A DNA stretch of 64,000 nucleotides from Promethearchaeota archaeon. Lineage in GTDB: Archaea; Asgardarchaeota; Lokiarchaeia; Sigyniarchaeales; SOKP01. Shown piece after piece: positions 51,460 through 61,648 of this stretch (its first letter is position 1; each line of letters begins with the position of its first letter). The stretch is taken from positions 1 to 64,000 of the forward strand of contig JAEOTA010000085.1 of the NCBI GenBank assembly GCA_016840085.1. The letters run 5' to 3'. The notes beneath the pieces were generated by a model that was given only the letters and a program-made list of their open reading frames with translations, made no database searches and had not been told where the DNA came from. The position numbers and the translations under genes were made by a program.

Positions 51460-52884
51460 CTAAAAGTTTAATCCCTTAAAGTAATTTACTGTTGTATAAA
51501 TATCTTTACCACCTTTTCTAAGATAATCCATAGCTTCTTCGATACCTTCAATTGTTAAGTCAAACATAGGAATTATGCTAGAGATGATCTTTCTAGTCCA
51601 TGGTGACCATTCAGGTCTTATAAGTTCAGGATTTAACCATACGATTCCATTTTTAAAATGATCCCCGAGCTCCTTGATATAATAGATTCCTGGTAATTCA
51701 TTTCTATGATAATAATATATCGAACCATATTTTTCAGTTAATTCCCAAGACGCCATTGCAGCGTCGCCCACTATGACAACTCTATATTTATTATCATATT
51801 TTCTTAGAAAATCGTTGAATTCAATAGCTTCATCAGGATTGCGTTTTGCATTGAAATAAATTGTTTCATAGATGCAATTATGGAAATAATAATGTTTAAA
51901 ATCTTTCCAATGAGACATATTATTTGCTGCTGAGAAAAGTAAATTAACGAGATGGGCATAAGGAGTCATACTACCTCCAACGTCCATTAAAAGGAGGAGT
52001 TTTACATCATTTTTTCTACGTTTATCAAATACTATTTCAATATCTCCACAGTTTTTAGCAGTTTTATCAATAGTTTCATCTAAATTTAACTCGTCTCTTT
52101 TTCCAATTTCTTCAAGCTTCTTGAGTTTTTTCAGAGCAACTTTGATTTGTCGTGTATCTAAAACGATATCTTTGCGATAATCTTTAAAAATTCTTTTTTC
52201 TGCTATTTGAACTGCTGTCCGCATACCTGAAGAACCACCAATTCTCATTCCCATAGGATTTTCTCCAGAATGCCCAAAAGGAGATGTGCCCTGCGTGCCA
52301 ATCCAATGATCTCCAAAATTATGTTCTTCATCTTGTCTTTGCATTAAATCTTCGAATTGTTTTTGCATTTCTTCGAGATTAAAAAATTGGTTTAACATTT
52401 CTTGGGATATCCCATCAATTTCAGCAATACCAAGGTTTTTCTGCAACCATTTCAATATTTCCTCCTTAATATCCTCTGGTGCGTTTATTAAAAGCTTACC
52501 TTCAAGTTTATCTCTGTATTTCTCTAACAGTTCTTGAAGTAATTCTTGTATATCTACAACGTTGAGGTATTGTTGATATTCTCTTAATAATAATTGCAAT
52601 CCTTCAATTAATTCTGGGAAAGTAATATCTTTCTCTAACCAATCCCAAATCTCGTGTTTAAGATCATCAGGGAATCTTATCATAGCATTTTTAAAGAAAT
52701 TAGCAAAAGAAATGTCATAGATGTCAAAATGATGTTCATTTTTGCATAAAATAGATCTTGAAGTATAATAAAACTCGACCATGTTATGGATAAGCCCTTT
52801 ATTTAACGCCTCTAATAGGGTAATATACTCTGTTATTGATACAGGAAGTCTTTCTTTAAGGTAATAAAAAAATTCGATAAACAT
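51460..52884 (-). CDS. VWA (CoxE-like) protein, MoxR partner
   Basis: WIGTQGTSPFGHSG, MDVGGSM MIDAS, YYFHNCIYE, VGDAAM, VWLNP. Confidence 0.9.
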   Translation of the reverse strand: MFIEFFYYLKERLPVSITEYITLLEALNKGLIHNMVEFYYTSRSILCKNEHHFDIYDISFANFFKNAMIRFPDDLKHEIWDWLEKDITFPELIEGLQLLLREYQQYLNVVDIQELLQELLEKYRDKLEGKLLINAPEDIKEEILKWLQKNLGIAEIDGISQEMLNQFFNLEEMQKQFEDLMQRQDEEHNFGDHWIGTQGTSPFGHSGENPMGMRIGGSSGMRTAVQIAEKRIFKDYRKDIVLDTRQIKVALKKLKKLEEIGKRDELNLDETIDKTAKNCGDIEIVFDKRRKNDVKLLLLMDVGGSMTPYAHLVNLLFSAANNMSHWKDFKHYYFHNCIYETIYFNAKRNPDEAIEFNDFLRKYDNKYRVVIVGDAAMASWELTEKYGSIYYYHRNELPGIYYIKELGDHFKNGIVWLNPELIRPEWSPWTRKIISSIIPMFDLTIEGIEEAMDYLRKGGKDIYTTVNYFKGLNF

Positions 52885-53112
52885 TTAATTAAATCTTAAT
52901 ATCTTCAATGGTCGTTATTTAAATAGAGTTAACCATATAATATTAGTTTTTGGTCAATATCAATACTTCTTTAATCTTCTTATAAAATAATTTGGTCTTA
53001 TAGTAATAAACTAAGTATAAGAAAAAATTATTTATAAACTTGAAAACCCAAAAACTCATTGATATTATCTGGATATTTATTATTTTGAATTATTATTAAT
53101 GGACGCATCGCT

Positions 53113-54210
53113 ATGAGAAAGATTTCATATCAAAATTGTAAAGAATTGGCAAAGCTAAGAGGGCTTGAATTAGTAATTTCTGAAAAAGAGTTTAATAAAC
53201 TAATAAATAGAAAAAAATCAGCTCTAAGCAAAATTAAAATTAAATGGAAATGTGACAAGGGACATCAATGGACTGCAACATATAACAATATAAAACAACA
53301 TGAATCTGGTTGTCCTTATTGTTATGGTAATGTTGCAATATCCTATCAGGTCTGTAAGGATTTAGGAAAACTAAAGGGATTTGAGTTAATAACCTCTGTA
53401 AATGAATTTAATATATTAATGAAAAATAGAACCAATGTTCCTAGTAAAGTTAAATTAAGATGGAGTTGTTTTTTAGGACATAAATGGAATGCAGCATATA
53501 ACAATATAAAGCATACAGATACGGGATGTCCTTATTGTTATGGTAATCTACCATTATCATATCAAAATTGCATAGAATTAGCAAAACTGAGAGGATTTGA
53601 AATATTAATATCTGAAAAGGAGTTTATAGGTTTAATGAAACAGAGAACTACAGTTCCAAGTAAAGTAAAATTAAGATGGAAATGCGAAAAGTGTCATGAA
53701 TGGTGTGCGATATATAATGATATACAACAAGGTAAGGGATGCCCAGAATGTGCTGAAGGTAAATATGAGGAAAGCTGTCGTTGGTATTTTGAAAAAATTT
53801 TCAAAGAAAAATTTAATAAAATCAAACTATCCAAATTAATACCTTATTATAATGGTCAGATGCATTTAGATGGATTTGCTTTAGTAATGATTGCTGAAAA
53901 TCAAATTAAGTTAGCTTTTGAATTTAATGGTATACAACATGATGAATTCCCTAATTTCTTTCATAAAACATATCAAGACTTTTTAGAACAACAACGATAT
54001 GATAATGAAAAGAAAGAATTATGTGAAAATAATGGAATAATTCTTATTGTTTTTCCCCAGAAAATTGATTTAAAAATGAATCATCCTGAAATAATTCAAA
54101 AATTCATTATAGACGAATTAGAAAGAAAAACTGGTTTTAGATTATCAAACATTCAACAATATAATCATCTGGTTGAATGGGCTAGTTGGAGAAGTTTAGA
54201 TAATTTTTAG
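53113..54210 (+). CDS. putative endonuclease: three Zn-ribbon repeats + PD-(D/E)XK/Vsr-like nuclease domain
   Basis: Three ~72-aa repeats (SYQ.C..L..L.G...W.C..GH.W.A.YN.I....GCP.C); C-terminal LDGF...LAFEFNGIQH...D.EKKELCENNGIILI. Confidence 0.75.
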   Translation: MRKISYQNCKELAKLRGLELVISEKEFNKLINRKKSALSKIKIKWKCDKGHQWTATYNNIKQHESGCPYCYGNVAISYQVCKDLGKLKGFELITSVNEFNILMKNRTNVPSKVKLRWSCFLGHKWNAAYNNIKHTDTGCPYCYGNLPLSYQNCIELAKLRGFEILISEKEFIGLMKQRTTVPSKVKLRWKCEKCHEWCAIYNDIQQGKGCPECAEGKYEESCRWYFEKIFKEKFNKIKLSKLIPYYNGQMHLDGFALVMIAENQIKLAFEFNGIQHDEFPNFFHKTYQDFLEQQRYDNEKKELCENNGIILIVFPQKIDLKMNHPEIIQKFIIDELERKTGFRLSNIQQYNHLVEWASWRSLDNF

Positions 54211-54215
54211 TAAAT

Positions 54216-54287
54216 TTATTCTATCACATATTCTGTAATACTAACCAGTAATCTTTCTTTTAAGTAATAATAAAATTCGATAAACAT
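54216..54287 (-). repeat. orphan duplicate of the VWA gene 5' end (23 codons)
   Basis: MFIEFYYYLKERLLVSITEYVIE* versus MFIEFFYYLKERLPVSITEYITL (start 52884); 18/20 aa and 47/60 nt identical. Confidence 0.85.
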
Positions 54288-54302
54288 TCTTAAAAATCAA
54301 AA

Positions 54303-55154
54303 TTAGGTAGGGAATTTTATTTTATCAACAACTATTTCAAAATCTTTCTCTTTCTTTATCAAAACGCCAAGAAATGGAATTCCTTTCTTTAATTCATCTA
54401 TTGTAATCCCGCTTTTTAGCAAAACTCCAATCCAATCAAGAAGTTCCGAAGTTGATGGCATTTTTCTTAATTTAGTAATCGCTCTTAAGGCATAAAAATG
54501 TTTTAAACATTGTTCTAATAAGTTCTGCTTTAGATTCGGATAGTGTAATCTGCAAATTTCTGCCATGAAGCTTTTAGAGGGAAATTCAATCCAGTGGAAT
54601 ACACATCTTCTTAAAAATGCATCTGGGAGTTCTTTTTCATTGTTAGATGTAATAATTACAATTGGTCTGTTTTTAGCTTTCACAAATTCTTTTGTTTCTT
54701 TTATATAAAATTCCATAACATCCAATTCCTGTAAAAGATCATTAGGAAATTCAATATCAGCCTTATCAATTTCATCAATTAATAAAACTACCTGTTCATC
54801 AGAAACAAAAGATTCGCCTAATGGGCCCAGCATTATATAATCGTGAATATTATCTACATCTCGATCATCACAGCCAAATCTACTATCATTTAATCTTTGA
54901 ACTGTGTCATACATATAGCACCCATCAATACCCTCACTCGTGCTTTTAATATTCCAGATAATTAATTTTTTACCTAAACTTTCAGCTATTGCATGCGCGA
55001 GCATTGTTTTCCCTGTTCCTGGCTCTCCTTTAACTAATAAGGGTCTTGCTAATGCTATTGATACGTTAACTATGTTCCTTAGTTGAGGATCAGCAAGATA
55101 TTTAACCCTATCAGTTTTTACGTCTCCTTGGAATTTATTAAATGTAGCATCCAT
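54303..55154 (-). CDS. MoxR-family AAA+ ATPase
   Basis: GEPGTGKT, LLIDEIDKAD, TSNNEKELPDAFLRRC. Confidence 0.93.
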   Translation of the reverse strand: MDATFNKFQGDVKTDRVKYLADPQLRNIVNVSIALARPLLVKGEPGTGKTMLAHAIAESLGKKLIIWNIKSTSEGIDGCYMYDTVQRLNDSRFGCDDRDVDNIHDYIMLGPLGESFVSDEQVVLLIDEIDKADIEFPNDLLQELDVMEFYIKETKEFVKAKNRPIVIITSNNEKELPDAFLRRCVFHWIEFPSKSFMAEICRLHYPNLKQNLLEQCLKHFYALRAITKLRKMPSTSELLDWIGVLLKSGITIDELKKGIPFLGVLIKKEKDFEIVVDKIKFPT

Positions 55155-55330
55155 AGTTACTCAAAATTAATGTAAAATTATATAATTTTTGAATATATTT
55201 CAATAGTTTTTTGTTTACAATTTATAAAAAATTCAAAAAAATTTTAAATAGTTAAGAATAGTACAAGAAATTACTCAATTTTAATATAGAGAATAGTAAG
55301 AGTCAATTTAAAATAACAAAATGATTAATC

Positions 55331-55735
55331 ATGTCAAAAGAAGAAGAGGTTCTAGAAGAATTAAAAAAAATTCGTGAGTTGCTTTCTCCACCTCCGCCAC
55401 CACCAAAACCTAAAAATTTATTTGAGGAATTCAAGCAATTTTTAGAGAAATATAAAGTTGTAGGGATTGCTGTTGCTTTTATTATGGCAATTTATCTTGG
55501 CGCATTAATTCAGTCTCTTGTCAACAATCTAGTAATGCCAATAATAGAGCTTTTCTTACCTGGTGTTGATTGGGAGTCAGTAAAAGCAGGTCCTTTTAGA
55601 GTTGGAGCATTTATAGGAGATCTGATAACATTCGTTATTGTTGCTTTCGTAATTTTTATGTTAGTTAAACTAACTACTCAATTTGGAGAATACAGTAAAA
55701 AAATACAAGAAAAAGTAGGTCAAGTAATAGATTAA
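55331..55735 (+). CDS. mscL: large-conductance mechanosensitive channel
   Basis: EEFKQFL, VVGIAVAFIM, SLVNNLVMPII, GAFIGDLITFVIVAFVIF. Confidence 0.9.
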   Translation: MSKEEEVLEELKKIRELLSPPPPPPKPKNLFEEFKQFLEKYKVVGIAVAFIMAIYLGALIQSLVNNLVMPIIELFLPGVDWESVKAGPFRVGAFIGDLITFVIVAFVIFMLVKLTTQFGEYSKKIQEKVGQVID

Positions 55736-55781
55736 ATTTTTTTTTTATTTTTTATAAATTAGCTTAAAAAGTGATAATTTT

Positions 55782-56957
55782 TTAGTCTCTTTGACTTAAC
55801 ACTGTAACAGAACAAACACTAAACGCACCACCAAGATTGTGGGCTAATCCCGTTTTAGCGTCCGGAACTTGTCTTCCTTCTGCTCGTCCTTGAAGCTGTC
55901 TAGTAATCTCTTGGAGCATTCTACAACCAGTTGATCCTATAGGATGTCCAAATGATTTTAAACCACCTGATGGATTTACTGCTGTTTCCCCATCCCAATT
56001 AAACGTACCATTCTTTAATTCTTCGGCAGCCATTCCACGATCACAGAATTGTAAATCCTGACAATTTAATAATTCTGTAATGGTAAAACAATCATGAACC
56101 TCAGCAGCATCAATTTCTTTTCGTGGATCAGTTATATCTGCTTCTTTATACGCCATCTCAGCTGCTTTAACAGTGGCAGGGGCATGAGTAAAATCAAAAT
56201 TAGGCCAATACCATGGAATGCTTGTATACACGGCAATTGAGTTTGCTTTTACAACTACATAATCGTCTGCATGAGCATAACTTTCTGCAAGTTCTGGGCT
56301 TGTTAAAATAAGTGCTGCTGCACCATCACTCATTGCACAACAATCATAGCGACCAAGGGGATCTGCAATCATTGGAGCATTCAATGCTTGTTCAATTGAA
56401 ATTTTCATTCTGAAATGAGCTTTTGGATGATAATATCCATTATCATGATTCTTAACAGCAACTCGCGCTAAATCTTCTTTTGTCCATCCATATTCCTGAA
56501 AACTACGGGTAGCAAGTAAACAAAACATTGCAGGAGCTGATGGGCGGGGATATACAGGATGACCAAAATATTTTGCGCTAGGAAGTCCTCTACCACCTTC
56601 ATCCATTAGTTTTTCTACACCACAGGCCATAACAACATCATACGCACCGGAAGCAACACCAAAACAAGCATTGCGGAAGGCATCCATACCTGAAGCACAA
56701 TAATTCTCACATCTAGTAATTGGTTTTCCACCTAATCTTAATGTATCTTCTAAAGTGGCGCCAGAAACACCTGTGAAGAAATAATAAACACCTAACCATG
56801 CTGCATCAATTTCATCTTTACTTACCCCTGCATCTTTGAAAGCACCATGGCATGCCTCACTTAAAAGGTCATACTGATTTTTATCCCAGAGTTCCCCATA
56901 TTTCGTCGCGTCACATCCTATTATCGCAACCTGATCTTTTATTCCATGTTTAACCAT
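55782..56957 (-). CDS. thiolase, SCP-x/archaeal type (paralog 2)
   Basis: ENYCASG, EVHDCFT, NPSGGLKSFGHPIG, HNLGG. Confidence 0.92.
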   Translation of the reverse strand: MVKHGIKDQVAIIGCDATKYGELWDKNQYDLLSEACHGAFKDAGVSKDEIDAAWLGVYYFFTGVSGATLEDTLRLGGKPITRCENYCASGMDAFRNACFGVASGAYDVVMACGVEKLMDEGGRGLPSAKYFGHPVYPRPSAPAMFCLLATRSFQEYGWTKEDLARVAVKNHDNGYYHPKAHFRMKISIEQALNAPMIADPLGRYDCCAMSDGAAALILTSPELAESYAHADDYVVVKANSIAVYTSIPWYWPNFDFTHAPATVKAAEMAYKEADITDPRKEIDAAEVHDCFTITELLNCQDLQFCDRGMAAEELKNGTFNWDGETAVNPSGGLKSFGHPIGSTGCRMLQEITRQLQGRAEGRQVPDAKTGLAHNLGGAFSVCSVTVLSQRD

Positions 56958-57112
56958 AATACACAATCCAATAGTAATTTCTACTAAAATAATTAAGTTT
57001 TCTATTAAAAATTAATTGATTATATTAGTAAGAGTTTTTTAAATTTCCTAATATTTACACACAGTCTTAAAAAAAAGAAAAAGAAAAAAATAAGGATTTT
57101 TGTTATAAAATC

Positions 57113-58300
57113 TTAATCTCTTTGACCTAAAATAGTTACAGAGCACACACTATATGCTCCACCGAGATTGTGGCATAAACCTAATTTAGCGTCTGGAACT
57201 TGTCTTCCTTCTGCACGTCCTTGAAGTTGTTTAGTAATTTCTGTTAACATTCGACAACCTGTAGATCCTATTGGATGACCAAATGATTTCAGACCACCTG
57301 ATGGATTTGTTGCTGTTTCACTATCCCAATTGAAGGTTCCATTCTTTAATTCCTCGGCAGCCATTCCACGATCACAGAATTTCAAATCCTGACAATTAAT
57401 TAATTCTGTAATTGTAAAACAGTCATGAATCTCAGCACAATCAATTTCTTTTCGTGGATCAGTTATATCTGCTTCTTTATACGCCATCTCAGCTGCTTTA
57501 ACAGTAGCAGGAAAGCTTGTAAAGTCAGCTCCAGGCCCATTAGAAGGCACATACCATGGGGTATTAGTTCTGCATGAAAGAGCATTTGCTTTTACTAATA
57601 TATAATCATCAGCATGAGCATAACTCTCTGCAAGTTCTGGTGTAGTCAATATTAGAGCTGCAGCGCCATCTGACATGGCACAGCAATCAAATCGTCCAAG
57701 AGGATCAGCAATCATAGGTGCATTCATTGCTTGTTCAATTGATATTTTTCTTCTAAAGTGAGCTTTTGGATGATAAGAACCGTTATCATGATTTTTCACT
57801 GCAACTCGAGCCAGATCTTCTTTTGTCCACCCAAATTCATGAAAACTGCGGGTAGCAGCCATAGAGAACATTGCAGGAGCGGATGGGAGAGGTAATACAG
57901 GATGTCCGAAAATTTTGAATCCTGGAAGTCCACTTGACCCTTCATCCATTAGTTTTTCTACACCACAGGCCATAACAACATCATACACACCCGAAGCAAT
58001 AGCAAAACAAGCATTTCGAAAGGCATCCATTCCTGAAGCACAATAATTTTCTGTTCTCGTAATTGGTATTCCATCTAATCTTAACATATCCTCAATTGTA
58101 GCACCAGACATTCCTGTGAAATAATAATATATCCCCGCCCATGCTGCTTCAATCTCATCTTTTTTAATGCCAGCATCTTTGTAAGCATCTCGAGCTGCTT
58201 CAAAAAGTAAATCATACTGACTTTTATCCCAGAGTTCTCCATATTTTGTCATATCACAACCAATTATAGCAACTCTATCTCTTATCCCTTTAGTTACCAT
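57113..58300 (-). CDS. thiolase, SCP-x/archaeal type (paralog 1)
   Basis: Same motifs; tandem paralog of 55782-56957. Confidence 0.92.
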   Translation of the reverse strand: MVTKGIRDRVAIIGCDMTKYGELWDKSQYDLLFEAARDAYKDAGIKKDEIEAAWAGIYYYFTGMSGATIEDMLRLDGIPITRTENYCASGMDAFRNACFAIASGVYDVVMACGVEKLMDEGSSGLPGFKIFGHPVLPLPSAPAMFSMAATRSFHEFGWTKEDLARVAVKNHDNGSYHPKAHFRRKISIEQAMNAPMIADPLGRFDCCAMSDGAAALILTTPELAESYAHADDYILVKANALSCRTNTPWYVPSNGPGADFTSFPATVKAAEMAYKEADITDPRKEIDCAEIHDCFTITELINCQDLKFCDRGMAAEELKNGTFNWDSETATNPSGGLKSFGHPIGSTGCRMLTEITKQLQGRAEGRQVPDAKLGLCHNLGGAYSVCSVTILGQRD

Positions 58301-58316
58301 TTTTTATCTACCTCCT

Positions 58317-59756
58317 TTACGGTCTCCCTCTTTCAGGGCGACATTTCCAATAATAATTTAAAAATTCAGCTCCTTCATGTTCTTTTCTAAACGTCAATTC
58401 AACTCTCATACCTATATGAACTTTTTCCTCAGGTTTGTCTATTTCTGTCATATTTAATAGAACTCTTCCACCACCATCTAAATCAATCACACATCGAGGT
58501 ACAGGTGTGGCAAAATAATTACCACCCACGAGATGATCTAAGGTAAATGTAAAGATGGTTCCTTTTAACTCGAGTTTTACCGGTTCTAACTGATCATCTG
58601 CTCTACACACATAACAAGAACGTAAAAAGTCTGGATATTGAATTGTTCCGCAATTTTTACATTTAACTCCATACCACTTATATACTGATGCTGCATCACG
58701 CCATAGCGTTACAGCAGAGCTTTTTCTTTTATATCTATCTTTTTCAAGAACCTCCTTAAAATCAATAAATTTACTGTAATCTTTTAAGGTTGCCATAGAT
58801 TTTTGATGTCCGACGACACCCATTCGAGTTTTTCCAAGATCTCTTAGAGCATTTCTGTCTCGAACTTGCATTAAAATTGCGTCTGCTCCATCTCCAAATC
58901 CTGCCATAATTATCTTTGCATCAGGTTTAGGTCTTCTTAAAGCGGAAATTAAAAGTATAAATGGCATTGGAGTTCCTAAATCACCAACTTGAAAAAATAC
59001 ACTGTTTTGAGCAACCCCTTGTGAAAATTTCATCATCTTAGCTACTCTACCGTGCATTCTAGGATTATTATAATAATAAGCAGCAGCACCAATATCCTCA
59101 GGTTTTAAATTATTTCTTTTTAAAATTTCTGACATTGTTTTAGTTATATTCTCAAGATAAAACCTAGCATCCATCTTTGCTTCAAATGTCCTTATAAATT
59201 TATCTTTATCAGCTCTTTTCCATGGTCCAGTAACATTAGCAGCAACTGAATAATAATCATCAATTGATAAAGCTAGATTATCATCTTCTGATATAAGTAA
59301 AGCAGCTGCCCCATCAGCAAATCCATATTCCCACATCGTTGATGGTTCTGGCACACGTGTATCTGCAGCAATTACAAGAATGTTTCTAATATCTTTATTT
59401 GCTTTAATAGTATCAACAGCTCGAGCAACTGCACTTGTTCCTGCTTTCAAAGAATCTGTAAAATCAGCAGTAATTATATCCTCTCTCATATCTAATATAG
59501 TGGCGAGTAAGGATGCTGAATCCTTTTCTGTATAGACTTGAGTTGTTGATGCAAAATATAATCCATCAATTGTTTTTGGATCAATTCCCATTAGGCAATC
59601 TAAACCGGCTTCAACTGACATAGTAATACTATCTTCATCTGCCATCGCAACAGCTTTAGTACCAGGAACGACAGGGAAATCCCATGCTTTCCCGATTAAC
59701 TCTCTTGGTAATAGATATTTTGGCAAATAAGCTCCATATGATTTAATTCCAATCAA
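58317..59756 (-). CDS. HMG-CoA synthase-like (KAS III fold) + DUF35 Zn-ribbon/OB-fold fusion
   Basis: GIKSYGAYLP, DEDSITM, DGAAA; C-terminal CKNCG...CYVC, GTIFTFT.D, GMRVELTFR, YYWKC; TTG start after AGGAG. Confidence 0.85.
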   Translation of the reverse strand: MIGIKSYGAYLPKYLLPRELIGKAWDFPVVPGTKAVAMADEDSITMSVEAGLDCLMGIDPKTIDGLYFASTTQVYTEKDSASLLATILDMREDIITADFTDSLKAGTSAVARAVDTIKANKDIRNILVIAADTRVPEPSTMWEYGFADGAAALLISEDDNLALSIDDYYSVAANVTGPWKRADKDKFIRTFEAKMDARFYLENITKTMSEILKRNNLKPEDIGAAAYYYNNPRMHGRVAKMMKFSQGVAQNSVFFQVGDLGTPMPFILLISALRRPKPDAKIIMAGFGDGADAILMQVRDRNALRDLGKTRMGVVGHQKSMATLKDYSKFIDFKEVLEKDRYKRKSSAVTLWRDAASVYKWYGVKCKNCGTIQYPDFLRSCYVCRADDQLEPVKLELKGTIFTFTLDHLVGGNYFATPVPRCVIDLDGGGRVLLNMTEIDKPEEKVHIGMRVELTFRKEHEGAEFLNYYWKCRPERGRP

Positions 59757-60089
59757 TTTTAATTTTCTCCTTTTTTTGATTTTAGTATTTTGTTTTAAAT
59801 TTATTATATATATGAATTTGAATGTAATAAGATAAAAATATTTCTGCAAATTAGAATGAAAAAGTAACACAAAAAAAATATTTTTTGCAGAGTTGTATCC
59901 TTTATTGCTTTTATTTTTTTAAGGATTTAATTTAATCCTTACAAGTAAATACTTAAATCTATCAATTCTACGAATTTATAAGAGACTCCTTTATAATGGG
60001 AATAATATGGGAGGATATCTACGAAATCTTTTTCAAATCATTATTCTTAATTCACCTATAATTAGAATTTATATAAACAGATGGTTTAA

Positions 60090-61487
60090 ATGAATGGACC
60101 CCCCGAACCTTTTAAAATTAAGATGATTGAACATGTTGGAATGCCAGATCAAATAAGAAGAAGTGAAGCAATTAGAGAAGCTGGTTATAATACATTTCTA
60201 TTAAGATCCGAGGATGTTTACATTGATCTCCTAACCGATTCTGGTACATCCGCCATGTCAGATTATCAATGGAGTGGTCTTCTTTTAGGTGATGAAGCCT
60301 ATGCTGGAGCCCGAAATTTTTATAATCTCGAAAAAGCAATACAGGATGTACTTGGTTATAAATATATCGTTCCAACTCACCAGGGTCGTGGTGCTGAGCA
60401 TCTTATGTATAGTTACCTCGTAAAATCAGGTCAGCTTGTTCCAAGAAATATGTATTTTACTACTTCAAAACTCCATGTTGAGCTTCCTGGTGGAAAAATG
60501 GTTGATGTCATCATTGATGAGGCACATGATCCAGAAAATTTACATCTATTTAAGGGTAATATAGATTTCAAAAAATTACAAGCATTTATTGATGAATATG
60601 GAGTAGAAAAAATCGCTTTTGTGAATGTTGAAATGGACGTGAATATGGCAGGAGGGCAACCTGTATCTATGCAAAATCTTCGTGATTTACGAGAATTTTG
60701 CAACGATTATAATTTGAAAATAATATATGATGCTACAAGATCGAGTGAAAATGCATATTTTATTCGAGAACGTGAAAGAGGTTATGAAAATACACCAATT
60801 ATAGATATTTTGAGAGAAATGATGAGTTATTCTGATGGATGTATTTATAGTTCAAAAAAGGACTGTCTAGTAAATATTGGTGGTTTTCTTGCCACAAGTG
60901 ATAAGGATATTTTTGAACATTGCCGTAATATGGTTGTTGTTTATGAGGGATTGCATACTTATGGAGGTATGGCGGGTCGAGATATGGAAGCTGTAGCAAG
61001 AGGATTAAAAGAAAGCACATCATATGAATATTTAAAGTATAGGATAAATCAAGTTCGCTATCTGGGCGATTTATTGATGAAAGCAGGAGTTCCTATCGTA
61101 AAACCTACAGGTGGGCACGGTGTATTTATAAATGCATTAAAATTTTTACCCCATCTTGAAAGAAAACAATGGCCCGCCCAAACCCTTGCTGCAGCCATTT
61201 ATGAAGACTCGGGCGTCAGAAGTATGGAACGAGGTGCAGTATCAAAAGGACGAGATAAAGAAACAGGGGAAAACATCTTTCCAGCATTAGAGCTCGTGAG
61301 ACTCACAATTCCTCGAAGAGTTTACACAAACACACATATGGAGTATACAGCGGAGTCAGTAATTCGCCTATATGAAAAGCGAGACTCTATCAGAGGTTTA
61401 AAGATGGTATATGAACCAGAATATCTCCGTTTTTTTCAATCTCGTTTTGAAGTCCTAGAGTCATCAAAGTCATACTTAGAGACATAA
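60090..61487 (+). CDS. tpl: tyrosine phenol-lyase
   Basis: EPFKIKM, DLLTDSGT, THQGRGAE, KKDCLVNIGG, EGLHTYGGMAGRD, RSMERG, RLTIPRRVYT. Confidence 0.93.
   Translation: MNGPPEPFKIKMIEHVGMPDQIRRSEAIREAGYNTFLLRSEDVYIDLLTDSGTSAMSDYQWSGLLLGDEAYAGARNFYNLEKAIQDVLGYKYIVPTHQGRGAEHLMYSYLVKSGQLVPRNMYFTTSKLHVELPGGKMVDVIIDEAHDPENLHLFKGNIDFKKLQAFIDEYGVEKIAFVNVEMDVNMAGGQPVSMQNLRDLREFCNDYNLKIIYDATRSSENAYFIRERERGYENTPIIDILREMMSYSDGCIYSSKKDCLVNIGGFLATSDKDIFEHCRNMVVVYEGLHTYGGMAGRDMEAVARGLKESTSYEYLKYRINQVRYLGDLLMKAGVPIVKPTGGHGVFINALKFLPHLERKQWPAQTLAAAIYEDSGVRSMERGAVSKGRDKETGENIFPALELVRLTIPRRVYTNTHMEYTAESVIRLYEKRDSIRGLKMVYEPEYLRFFQSRFEVLESSKSYLET
61281..61451 (+). repeat. direct repeat copy 1 (3' end of tpl)
   Basis: 57 codons align to 63053-63223 with 26 nt differences (~85% identity) and 5 aa changes. 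Confidence 0.9.
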
Positions 61488-61648
61488 CAATTGCGACTAT
61501 CAAACACAAATTTAGTAATTTTCTATATTTTTTCATACATTTACTCACTTTTGATTTCTTTAATTTTCGATTATTTTCAAAATGTTTATGATTAAAAAAA
61601 AAAAAATCACCTCTAATATTTAACATTTTTCTTAAGAGGGAAAATTAG

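Noticed and set aside
59996-60093. Two short uORFs before tpl (TnaC-like leader peptide?)
   Set aside because: No TnaC-like motif or Tyr run; ORFs of 21-28 codons can arise by chance.
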